A stretch of DNA of 20,013 bases from Nitrososphaeraceae archaeon (GCA_035297365.1 DATGZA010000018.1:1-20013); one strand, 5' to 3'; shown: positions 1-8,824, numbered from the stretch's first letter. Numbers and translations: made by a program. The notes: generated by a model from the sequence alone, not told the origin.

Positions 1-171
1 AACTTTACAAGTTACCTGTTAAATACGAGCAATCTTATAAACAACGCTCTAGCATCAAACATGAGGGTATACAATACAGCATTAGAACAAACACGCGACA
101 ATCTAAAGGATTTGGTAAGAACAAATACCAGTTACATAAAAGCAGTAGGACAATCAGTTAATAGACAGTGA
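1..171 (+). CDS. 3' end of a gene running in from the left; amphipathic helical Asn/Ala-rich protein, possibly a thaumarchaeal phasin-like protein
   Basis: Frame 1 is open from base 1 to TGA at 169-171 (NFTSYLLNTSNLINNALASNMRVYNTALEQTRDNLKDLVRTNTSYIKAVGQSVNRQ*). A hairpin and T-tract follow. The family call is from recalled resemblance only. Confidence 0.6.
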   Translation, partial: NFTSYLLNTSNLINNALASNMRVYNTALEQTRDNLKDLVRTNTSYIKAVGQSVNRQ

Positions 172-197
172 TTTAGAGCAGCAGTAACTAAAAATCG

Positions 198-250
198 ATT
201 AGACTAGGTTTTAATATCTGACCTAGTCTAATAATCTTTGGTATTTTTTT
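198..250 (+). terminator. Stem-loop plus T-tract between convergent genes
   Basis: ATTAGACTAGGT (198-209) and ACCTAGTCTAAT (221-232) form a perfect 12-bp inverted repeat with an 11-nt loop, followed by TTTTTTT at 244-250. Confidence 0.6.
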
Positions 251-379
251 AAATTATATTATTATTAATATTTATTTTATTTTCTAAACAAATTAAGAAG
301 TATTATTTTACTAAGAAGAACTATGAAAACCGAATAATTATATGTTATTATTTGTTATTACCATTACTATTTTCATCTT

Positions 380-706
380 TCAAAATCTATTCACACTGAT
401 ATAATACATCATTATCTCTTTTTGTCGAAACCTCTCTTTTAACTTCTCTTTGTATCCACTTAAAAGAACACTATTTCCTTGTCGATCTTCACATATAACA
501 TGGTATATCGTATTTTCATCATTATACAAAATGTCTGAATCTGGATCCTTCCAACTTCCAAGTATGGTATGTTCATCAGCAGAACATCCGCCAAACATTT
601 CAACTAATTCATTAAAAGTGTCAACAAATTTTGATTTTTCTACTGGTTGTTTATTGTTATAATATAACGGTAAATAAATATCTACTCTGATTGAGGATGA
701 TGACAA
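380..706 (-). CDS. Conserved hypothetical protein, 108 aa (DUF3574-like / ferredoxin-like fold)
   Basis: Pattern DIYLPLYYN...EL..MFGG.S...GSW.D....Y.D......YKEKLKERFRQKEI resembles a widespread uncharacterised family. It is the second gene of a tight two-gene unit with a 13-bp gap. Confidence 0.75.
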   Translation of the reverse strand: MSSSSIRVDIYLPLYYNNKQPVEKSKFVDTFNELVEMFGGCSADEHTILGSWKDPDSDILYNDENTIYHVICEDRQGNSVLLSGYKEKLKERFRQKEIMMYYISVNRF

Positions 707-719
707 CTTAAACTGAATT

Positions 720-914
720 TTATGGATTCTTTTGAATTGTATAATTTATACCCATACTATCTAAAATTTTAATATAGTTCTTATTTACAGTATATTTGTG
801 TAGTCCTGTACTCTTTATAGGAATTTTTTTTGACAATAATACATAGAATCCTTCTACTTCTTCCTCTCTAGAATTGAAGGATATTGTTAATAAGCTGGAT
901 TCTAGGTTCTGCAT
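720..914 (-). CDS. Small hypothetical protein, 64 aa, partner of the 108-aa gene
   Basis: ATG start, protein-like sequence (TISF.SREEEVEGFYVL...YTV....KILDSMGINYTI), co-oriented and 13 bp from the next gene. Confidence 0.65.
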   Translation of the reverse strand: MQNLESSLLTISFNSREEEVEGFYVLLSKKIPIKSTGLHKYTVNKNYIKILDSMGINYTIQKNP

Positions 915-1019
915 ATCGCTATTACTATTCCTATTGGTAAGGATTGAATATATGTTTTTATCTCAAAACTATGTCTAAACGATGTTTAAAGTATTGACTG
1001 GTCCCACTTTATAGAAGGC

Positions 1020-1038
1020 TTCAAATCCCACTGGCCCA
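1020..1038 (+). other. Degenerate tRNA 3'-end fragment (T-loop plus acceptor strand), possible att scar
   Basis: TTCAAATCCCACTGGCCCA matches the T-loop/T-stem/acceptor pattern of archaeal tRNAs. There is no 5' half upstream, and an integrase stub starts about 65 bp downstream. Confidence 0.4.
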
Positions 1039-1102
1039 TTATGATACTAGTCCTCTAATGGGATTCGCTCAAAGATAAAAAAATAGGTGAATTAATAGAA
1101 AA

Positions 1103-1297
1103 TTGAATATAGAACTAAAATTTGAAGAATCCAGCACATATTCTTTATTTGTGTTTGCAGTTAGATCAAACATACAAGAGAGTACTATCAAGAAGATTGA
1201 GATTTTTTTCAATTATATCGATTTGGAACCTGATAAAACAATGGAAAGAAGATGTAATTACTTTGATTATGAATTATTAAATAATATCTTTATCTGA
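1103..1297 (+). pseudogene. N-terminal stub of a thaumarchaeal tyrosine integrase
   Basis: MNIELKFEESSTYSLFVFAVRS, then a shifted frame REYY.RRLR, then IFFNYIDLEPDKTMERRCNYF. This matches my recollection of Nitrososphaeraceae integrase N-termini (YSLFVYAVRS..TRDYYLRRLRIFFN.I.L.P...MEERCN.F). Truncated; an AGGTGA SD-like motif lies at 1085-1090. Confidence 0.55.
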
Positions 1298-1305
1298 TAA
1301 GTTTA

Positions 1306-1788
1306 GTGAAGGATAAGAATAACTTAGATAATAGAACTGCTTTAAATAAATATCATCTTCCCGTACCAAAGAATTCTATTCAAAGAATTGATAGAAACTC
1401 ATCGCCTGCTCATATAGGAAAGTTAAGAAATGCAATAGACTTTATAGTTCCAGAAAACACCCCTGTATTCGCAGCAACCGATGGAACAATAACATTTGTT
1501 AAAGATGACTCAATAATAGGTGGTCCTAGCCCTGCTTATTGGAACTTTTCTAATTTTATTACAATTATGCATAAGAATAAAGAATGGTCAAGATACGATC
1601 ATCTCAGATTTAATAGTTCTAATGTAAAAGAAGGACAAAAGGTTAAACAAGGACAGAAAATTGCGGAAGTAGGTATGACTGGTTATACATATATTCCGCA
1701 TCTACATTTTCAAATCTCGATATTTAATGGTCCTAATATTTGGACAGATTTTGACACATTAATAGTTGAAAATTTTATAGATTCATAA
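1306..1788 (+). CDS. M23-family zinc metallopeptidase (LytM-like catalytic domain only)
   Basis: Motifs H...AIDF..P.NTPVFAATDGTI, SRYDHL, V..GQKVKQGQKIAEVGMTG and PHLHF. GTG start; no signal peptide. Confidence 0.9.
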   Translation: MKDKNNLDNRTALNKYHLPVPKNSIQRIDRNSSPAHIGKLRNAIDFIVPENTPVFAATDGTITFVKDDSIIGGPSPAYWNFSNFITIMHKNKEWSRYDHLRFNSSNVKEGQKVKQGQKIAEVGMTGYTYIPHLHFQISIFNGPNIWTDFDTLIVENFIDS

Positions 1789-2173
1789 ATAATTATGTAA
1801 AAAATACTTGTATTTTTGAAAATGATTGACTATCAAGACGTGTTAGAGTTATTCTTTGATAAGGGTTATCGTCAAGATCATTGATAAAAAGTAAGAATCA
1901 TAAACAAATATTTTAGAATTAATCTACAATATAGTCGAGATAGATAAAAAATTCTAGAATGAGACCAGAATCTGTGTTAAATTTGTTTCAGATACCTTTA
2001 AACAAAATTCAAATTGTATAAATCTCTAGTTTTAGAAATAATATCAATTTCAATTAAAATGATTGATTTCTAAGCTAGGACCAAAATTAGGTCAAATTTG
2101 TTTCACATCCTATTCGTACCATTCTATAAAAATAGAGACATATCAATGTGCTTTAATTTGAATATTGCAACTA

Positions 2174-2181
2174 TTATATAA
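2174..2181 (+). promoter_or_regulatory. TATA box of the zinc-finger gene (leaderless)
   Basis: TTATATAA lies 21-28 nt upstream of ATG 2202. Confidence 0.45.
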
Positions 2182-2201
2182 TTTGTTGTTTATGAGATTG
2201 T

Positions 2202-2339
2202 ATGTTTAGAAATATTGATAGTGGAAAAAACTCTGATGAATCAAGCACAAATGTAGAATCCTCATTCTCCTGTGAAAATTGTGGTCAACCATTTAACTCT
2301 AGACATGAGTTGAAGGAGCATTCATCATCTCAACATTAA
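2202..2339 (+). CDS. Small C2H2-type zinc-finger protein, 45 aa (not in the ORF track)
   Basis: MFRNIDSGKNSDESSTNVESSFSCENCGQPFNSRHELKEHSSSQH* carries a canonical F-x-C-x2-C-x3-F-x5-L-x2-H-x4-H motif. TATA box upstream, T-tract downstream. Confidence 0.85.
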   Translation: MFRNIDSGKNSDESSTNVESSFSCENCGQPFNSRHELKEHSSSQH

Positions 2340-2764
2340 AAATTTTTCTGCTTTTTAAAATAATATGACCATAACTTGATATTTTTATAGTTGTTTTTAT
2401 ATTGAAACAAAAACCCTGATAAATAATAAACTTGGAGATAGGATAGTTATTGATACAATATGTCTAAAAAGAAACAACGTATGTATTTTATGGTTTTTTT
2501 CTTATTATTTTTAATCTCTATAGATAGACATAGTTAATTAGTATTAAGAATCTACCAATTGTTGCCAGACATTTATAAATCCTCTTTTTAAGACAGATCT
2601 GTTTCACAAACCACTGATCCCATCTAGTATGAAGGGAGACCAGGAATGACAATTTATTGTTAGAAAGTTGAATCAACTTTTTATTAGATTTATACTACTA
2701 ATTGATTAGATATTTTCAATATACTACTTGATAGTTACATCCAAAAAAAATGACGTATTGTCAA

Positions 2765-4246
2765 TCAAGGTGCAAAGAAATACGGAGAGACTACATTTAC
2801 TGCTGCAGTAAACTCACCAGAGGAAAGTGCTTGTACAGGAATTTCTGCATCAACAATCTTGACATGATCTAGCGTGGCAACTGTATTAGCATTTGTGGCT
2901 ATTGCTGCTACTCCAATATTTCCTCCAAAGACCTTGGTACTAGAAATTGTATGTTCACCATCTGCTATCACAATTCCAAAGAAACGGTTGTCTGTTAGCC
3001 TGTTGTGATCAATTACACAACATCCACTTTCCTCTCCAGTCACACTAACGCCAACATCATTATTTGATAAATAATTATTGTAGATTATAGAACCTACAAC
3101 AGCATTACCAGCAACATTTGTATTTAAATTATTAATTGTTGGAATAAACAAGAAAGAACCAATTTCATTCAAATTTTCCTGTTGCACATTTATTTCAGGA
3201 GCGAGAAAAGAAAAATCGGGAAGTGTTCCATTGATATAAGTACATCTCTCATTCGGATTTTCCTGTTGCACATTTCTGGGCAACATATCTGAAGTTGAAG
3301 ATAAAGATAAGAAGGATTTATTACAAAAACCTATTCCAGCTGCCTGAAATTGATTAAACCAATCTGGACCACAAATATCAGAAAGGATACAGATATTTCC
3401 ACTAACTTCATTATGAGTAATTGTAGCCTTGGCATCATTGGTGAAATAGATCCCAATGAGATTAGGAGATATCTCAATTTCGTCTGTATCAAAGGCTTCG
3501 TAGTTAGACCCTACTATCTTGTTGTAAGACATTGTTAGTGTTGAACCAGAACCATCAGCATAGGCTCCAAATTTTTGATAGTCCGTTATTACTGTATTTG
3601 TGATAGTTGCATGTCCCGTTTGTGAATTACCTGATGTGAGAGAGATACCAACTACGATACCGGCAAAGGTACAGTCCCTGACAATAGCAGAGTCTAGGTT
3701 AAGAGTTGCATCGCCTAATACCGTAACTCCAAATAATACATCACAAGTTGTATCTTCAAGTCCTTTAATAGTAAATCCTTTGATAGTAACTTCAGTCTGA
3801 TTGTTAACTTCAACAATATATGGTCGTCCAATTACATTGGTGTCTAAATCTTCCAATGGTAATGGTGATCCAATTATGGTAGACTTTGCACCTGAGCCTA
3901 TAATTGTTACACTTTTAGCAATATTGAGTTGTTCAGTATATGTACCAGGTAATACTTTGATTATATCATCTTCATTTGCTGCATCTATTGCTTTTTGAAT
4001 TGTAGGAAAATCAATTGGAACAATTATATCGGGAAGCGGATATTTTGGCAGGTAGTCGTCGGATTCATACACTAGTGAATAATATTCTGAATTGTAATAC
4101 TTATATTTATATTCGGCTTCTTCTTGTGTTTGTACTTCGCCGATAATAAACGAAGGAGATAAAAATAAAGCAAATGTTCCAGCAAAAAATACAATTATAA
4201 AAAACATCGTACTACTTTTTTTTGTTCTTGTTTTTACTATATTCAA
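2765..4246 (-). CDS. Secreted right-handed parallel beta-helix (pectin-lyase-like / NosD-CASH-like) protein
   Basis: N-terminal hydrophobic signal and Tyr-rich linker, then IVP.DFPTIQKAIDAANEDDIIKVLPGTYTEQLNI.KSVTIIGSG (typical beta-helix cap) and repeated GI..../I.NN.I..N rungs. Confidence 0.85.
   Translation of the reverse strand: MNIVKTRTKKSSTMFFIIVFFAGTFALFLSPSFIIGEVQTQEEAEYKYKYYNSEYYSLVYESDDYLPKYPLPDIIVPIDFPTIQKAIDAANEDDIIKVLPGTYTEQLNIAKSVTIIGSGAKSTIIGSPLPLEDLDTNVIGRPYIVEVNNQTEVTIKGFTIKGLEDTTCDVLFGVTVLGDATLNLDSAIVRDCTFAGIVVGISLTSGNSQTGHATITNTVITDYQKFGAYADGSGSTLTMSYNKIVGSNYEAFDTDEIEISPNLIGIYFTNDAKATITHNEVSGNICILSDICGPDWFNQFQAAGIGFCNKSFLSLSSTSDMLPRNVQQENPNERCTYINGTLPDFSFLAPEINVQQENLNEIGSFLFIPTINNLNTNVAGNAVVGSIIYNNYLSNNDVGVSVTGEESGCCVIDHNRLTDNRFFGIVIADGEHTISSTKVFGGNIGVAAIATNANTVATLDHVKIVDAEIPVQALSSGEFTAAVNVVSPYFFAP
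3165..3275. repeat. 27-bp intragenic direct repeat (25/27 identical), 84 bp apart
   Basis: TCATTC(AA/GG)ATTTTCCTGTTGCACATTT at 3165-3191 and 3249-3275; encodes NVQQEN(L/P)NE twice. Confidence 0.85.
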
Positions 4247-4646
4247 TATTTAATATTATTGAACTAAAATATATCTGAAATACGAATGATTCTAAAAGAT
4301 TTAATAAAGAGGAATTTTAAATAGTCAATTTTTTAAAAATAATTATTATAACATAATTAAAAACTTTCTTTTTATCAATAAATATCTAATAATATACTAT
4401 ATTAATAAAATGAGGCTCGTCATAATTATTATTCTTAATCGAATTATTTAATGTTAATATATGAAAATTTATCTTGCTATCTGCTGTTTTTATGTTTCCC
4501 TATAGTATATTCTTATCAACAATATCAACAAAAATTGTTATTTACAGAACTAAAGATATTCCATTAGATTTCTGTAATGTATTATTATTGACCAAAAAAT
4601 TTTTTAGAAAGAAATTAATCAGTAATATACAAATACTAATACTAGA

Positions 4647-4801
4647 ATGGAACAGAGAATAAGTATTGATGAAAGAATTCGAGAATTCGGGAAGGCAAAG
4701 ATTGAAGCAAAAAACGTAAAGTATCTGCTAATGAGATCGTAAAACAAACATTAGATACGTTTCTTATTATGGATACAAAAAAGTTGTCGATAAATAGCTA
4801 G
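4647..4801 (+). pseudogene. Possible frameshifted ribbon-helix-helix (CopG-like) protein
   Basis: MEQRISIDERIREFGKAKIEAK, a frameshift in an A-run, then KRKVSANEIVKQTLDTFL...*. This gives a strand-helix-S-helix pattern. Also contains an 8-bp tandem duplication AGAATTCG. Confidence 0.35.
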
Positions 4802-4980
4802 GAATGTTGATATAGTATTATAGATATTATTATTAATATAATTTCTTGACAAGTCTAAATGTTATCTTTTTTTAATGATTAACAAATTTTTAATAATTAT
4901 AATAAAAATATATTTATGAAAAGTTTTTTATATCAAAGATCTTTTAATATATATATTACAAATATCGAACAACATGATTC

Positions 4981-7308
4981 CTATTCTCGGCTAAGATTTT
5001 GTTGTTCTTCGTGATAAACAACTTCTCGTATTGTATCAATAGCATCTATATTACATGATATACTCTTTATACCATATTTCATTAAAATTCTAACCATACT
5101 TGGATTACTACCACTCTCTCCACAGATAGAGGTCTCTATTCCATAGCGATTACAGATATTAATTACCATTTCCATGGATCGTAAAACAGCGGGATGGAAT
5201 TCAGAAGATAATTGTGCCAACCTTTCATTATTTCTATCAATGCCTAAAACAAGCTGAGTCAAATCATTTGTTCCAAAACTGGCAAAAGCTATTCCTTCTT
5301 TGCAAAGATCTTCAATTATCATGACAGAGGCAGGAGTTTCTACCATTATTCCAATCTTTGCTTTGTCCAATGGCAAACTAACTTGTTTTGCTATTTCTTT
5401 TGCTTTCCTTAATTCTTCTACAGAAATGACAAAAGGTAACATTACTTGCAAGTTAGTCAAGCCTTCTTCATGTAGTCTCTTAATTGCTTGAAATTCTGAT
5501 TTTAGTAATTCCTGCTCATCTAAGCTTCTACGTATTCCATGCCAACCCAACATGGGATTAGCTTCTACAGGTTCATCTTCTCCTCCCTCTAAATTTCTAA
5601 ACTCATCTGTCCTTGCATCCAACATTCTTACCCAGACTGATTTTGGATTAAATGCTTTAGCGATTGGTCTTATTCCATCCATTAGAATCTTCATATATTG
5701 TTCTTGCTTTCCCTGTTTCACCAACTTGGCGGGATGAACACCATACATTGTAATTAGATGCTCTATCCGTAGCAGACCTACGCCATCTGCTTTAGATGCT
5801 ATTTGTTCGATTCCATGCCCGAATGCTATATTTACTTTAACTTTTGTTTTGGTTATTGGCATTAATGGAATTTTTTCATTAACCTTCTTTTCTACAAATT
5901 GTTCTTGTTCTTTAATCAATTTCAATTTACCTTCATAAACGATGCCATCGTATGCATCAACTGTAACCTCTTGGGTATCTCTCAAAATTCTTGTGGCTTT
6001 TTGTGTTCCAACTATTGCAGGAATTCCCATTTCCCTAGAGACTATTGCAGCATGACAAGTTCTACCACCAAGGTCAGTAATAATAGCAGCAGACTTGCTC
6101 ATTGCAGGAACTAAATCAGGAGAAGTCATTGTTGTTACAATTATATCTCCATTCTCTATTTTTGTAATATCACCTTTTCTTAAAATAAGTTTCACCTTGC
6201 CAGTCACGATACCAGGAGATGCTCCAGTGCCTTGTAGAAGTTTGTTCTTGCCATAATGAGAACTGTCGATCTTCTCAATCCTTTCCTTTGCTTTTGTAGT
6301 AATTGCTCTAGTTTGGACAAAAGTTATCGTACTATTGTCATCTATTGCAAATTCTATATCTTGAGGCTGACCTCCATAGTATTTTTCAATCATTATTCCG
6401 TATTCTGCCAATTTTAGAATTTCATCCTTTGTTAATACCTGTGCATTTAATTTGCTTTCTGGCACATTGATTTCGACGTTTGAATTGAGAGTATAATCAT
6501 AAAAGCGCATCTTTGTTTTTTGAGAAATTTTTACTTCCATAATTGCCTCTTGTCTCATTCCTTTTTCTACTTCATCTTTGGTAACCTTGTAGGAATCTGG
6601 TGCAACTTCTCCTCCTACTATACTTTCCCCCAACCCCCATGTAGATTCAATCAAAATTATATTGTCTCCAGTAGTGGGATCGACAGTGAACATGATGCCA
6701 GATTTCTGAGCATTTACCATTTTTTGAACTATTACAGCTATGCTGGCTTTTGAAAAACCGTGCTTTGCCCGATAGAAAATAGCGCGTGGTTCAAATAATG
6801 AAGCCCAGCATTTCTTGATTGATTCAATTAATTCCTCTTTTCCATTTACATTAAGAAAAGAAGCTTGTTGTCCTGCAAATGAAGCAGTTGGTAAATCTTC
6901 AGCAGTAGCTGAACTTCTTATTGCGCATAATAAATCTCTTTTATTTGGATGATTAACATCTCTGTCGTATTCACGATCTTTCTCTGATAAATTCTTGTAG
7001 GATTCAATAATTTTTGATTCTATTTCAGAAGGCATTCTACATGAAAGAATCAATTTTTTTATTGTGTTTGAAGCCATAAACAATTCTGTAGTATTCTCTA
7101 CATCTATGTTTTTTATGATTTGTTCTATCTGGTTTCCTATATTATTTGTCTGTATCAAATAATCAAATGATGAGGTAGTTACAATAAAACCTGAAGGAAC
7201 AGGAATACCAAATTTAATCATTTGACCAAGGTTTGCTCCCTTTCCTCCAGCTATTTTTATGTCATCTTTTCCAATTTGGTCAAGTTCTATTACATAACCA
7301 TGATTCAT
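4981..7308 (-). CDS. ppsA: Phosphoenolpyruvate synthase (pyruvate, water dikinase)
   Basis: GGKGANLG, AIRSSATAEDLPTASFAGQQ, phospho-His motif GGRTCHAAIVSREMGIP, ADGVGLLRIE, EANPMLGWHGIR, SFGTNDLTQ and SICGE. 775 aa, intact. Confidence 0.96.
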   Translation of the reverse strand: MNHGYVIELDQIGKDDIKIAGGKGANLGQMIKFGIPVPSGFIVTTSSFDYLIQTNNIGNQIEQIIKNIDVENTTELFMASNTIKKLILSCRMPSEIESKIIESYKNLSEKDREYDRDVNHPNKRDLLCAIRSSATAEDLPTASFAGQQASFLNVNGKEELIESIKKCWASLFEPRAIFYRAKHGFSKASIAVIVQKMVNAQKSGIMFTVDPTTGDNIILIESTWGLGESIVGGEVAPDSYKVTKDEVEKGMRQEAIMEVKISQKTKMRFYDYTLNSNVEINVPESKLNAQVLTKDEILKLAEYGIMIEKYYGGQPQDIEFAIDDNSTITFVQTRAITTKAKERIEKIDSSHYGKNKLLQGTGASPGIVTGKVKLILRKGDITKIENGDIIVTTMTSPDLVPAMSKSAAIITDLGGRTCHAAIVSREMGIPAIVGTQKATRILRDTQEVTVDAYDGIVYEGKLKLIKEQEQFVEKKVNEKIPLMPITKTKVKVNIAFGHGIEQIASKADGVGLLRIEHLITMYGVHPAKLVKQGKQEQYMKILMDGIRPIAKAFNPKSVWVRMLDARTDEFRNLEGGEDEPVEANPMLGWHGIRRSLDEQELLKSEFQAIKRLHEEGLTNLQVMLPFVISVEELRKAKEIAKQVSLPLDKAKIGIMVETPASVMIIEDLCKEGIAFASFGTNDLTQLVLGIDRNNERLAQLSSEFHPAVLRSMEMVINICNRYGIETSICGESGSNPSMVRILMKYGIKSISCNIDAIDTIREVVYHEEQQNLSRE

Positions 7309-7513
7309 AATGATTATATAATCTTAAGACATTTAAAAAATTTTAAATTAAAAGATTTTTTATAGTATATAACTTTGTCATCCTGTAATGTTCAATTCAT
7401 ATATTATCGATCCCGTTAATTATTGTAATTTACTACCAATATATGTAAGAATTTTCTGACTATAAAGAAATCTTTAATCGAAAAATTTCTAAAATATTTC
7501 AAGTTGTTAATTT

Positions 7514-7744
7514 TTAATCTAATATATCATAATTGCCTATAATGTCTTTATAAGAAAATACAGTAACTTTTACTTTTTTATTTCCAATTTTATTTGAAAT
7601 TATTTCTTCTACTTTATCTATTATATGAGCGGGGTAACCATCGATATTATCATATTCTTTGAAAATTTCGTCATATGGTTCCACAAACCACCATTGCTGC
7701 TTTTCTTCATCAACTTCTATTTGTGAAATTTTTAGTACTGTCAT
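7514..7744 (-). CDS. Hypothetical protein, 76 aa
   Basis: ATG start, TATA-like TTTATA about 30 nt upstream, protein-like acidic composition; no motif recognised. Confidence 0.55.
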   Translation of the reverse strand: MTVLKISQIEVDEEKQQWWFVEPYDEIFKEYDNIDGYPAHIIDKVEEIISNKIGNKKVKVTVFSYKDIIGNYDILD

Positions 7745-7901
7745 TTCGTTTTCAATTATTTATAAGTACCATTTTATATAAAATTTTAAGTTTTCAATTG
7801 AAATTGCTTTTAGATCAAATTTGGTTCACAAACTATTGGCCCAATTAAACTCTGGGTTCCAATCCTTACAGATAAATTGAAAAGTACTAATAATATTTTA
7901 A

Positions 7902-8510
7902 ATGGTAAAAATACAATTAGTACCTTTATTTTTTCCATTACTTTTTTTGTCTCCTTTAGTCCCCATTCATTTCATAGTTCCTGAGAATATCAAATGGCTT
8001 GATTATAACGATCCTGATGGTCTATTTACTTTAGAATTTCCTAATGAAATTGACTGGAAAATTGAAAAGATAGAAAATGAAAACCCTCCTTTCTATAATG
8101 AAGTTTTAATATCGCATCTGGATATTTCTGCAAATGTACGAATATCGTTAAACGTTATACCGTTTGATGATATTAATGGCAAATATGGTTTTCCATTATT
8201 CAACTCTTATACTTCTTATGCTAACGCCTTGATAGATCAATTAGAGGTTGAAATGCAAGATAGTGATCCAACTTTTCAACTCGTCGAAAAACACTCCGAC
8301 AAATATTTGATAGACGGACATCAAGCATCAGGTATTTTGTCTAGACATTCACATTCATTGGGAAATACTACAGGCATGTTAAACTTGTACGCAATCGATA
8401 AGACAAATGATCTTCTATTAATGTATAAGTATAATTTTGATGCAAATTCATATATTCTTTATTTACCCATAGCTGAAAAAATACTAGACTCTATTAAAAT
8501 TAATAAATAG
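7902..8510 (+). CDS. Exported/membrane-anchored PsbP/Mog1-like protein
   Basis: Hydrophobic N-terminus, then WLDYNDPDGLFTLEFP..W, YLIDGHQA and C-terminal YLPIAEKILDSIKI, typical of thaumarchaeal PsbP-related proteins. Confidence 0.75.
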   Translation: MVKIQLVPLFFPLLFLSPLVPIHFIVPENIKWLDYNDPDGLFTLEFPNEIDWKIEKIENENPPFYNEVLISHLDISANVRISLNVIPFDDINGKYGFPLFNSYTSYANALIDQLEVEMQDSDPTFQLVEKHSDKYLIDGHQASGILSRHSHSLGNTTGMLNLYAIDKTNDLLLMYKYNFDANSYILYLPIAEKILDSIKINK

Positions 8511-8824
8511 AATAAATCCTTATAACTTGAATTTTCATAAGATTAATTACTAACTGTAAAGATCACGTTAACTTTTTTTATAAAATATACCCATCATGAT
8601 TTCAATCATTAAAAAAATCGTTATTATATTGTATATGTCTTTATTTTTTCATTGATTATATTCCTATTTGTGTTCCTTAAGATTTTGACTAGTTTTCCTA
8701 TTGCATTTTGCTTGCTATATTGATTCGAAAAATATATTTAAATACAAATAACAAAAAGTGTTCTCTAGAGTCAATATCATAATAACCAGATATTACATTC
8801 TATGAAGATTGTATATGATACATG

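Noticed and set aside
450-662. 70-aa plus-strand ORF
   Set aside because: Antisense to the conserved 108-aa gene.
2570-2660. GC-richer intergenic patch with ACAGATCTGT palindrome as an ncRNA or gene remnant
   Set aside because: No extended stem structure or recognisable translation in the frames I read.
4474-4662. 62-aa ORF
   Set aside because: TTG start, AT-rich low-information sequence, no motif; probably intergenic.
3350-6753. Short plus-strand ORFs (3350, 3600, 3801, 5300, 5552, 5899, 6520)
   Set aside because: Antisense shadows of the beta-helix gene and ppsA with no motifs.
7821-7866. Second tRNA-like remnant (GGTTCACAAACTATTGGCCCA / GGGTTCCAATCC)
   Set aside because: Too degenerate, no cloverleaf and no adjacent integrase; cannot be told apart from chance.
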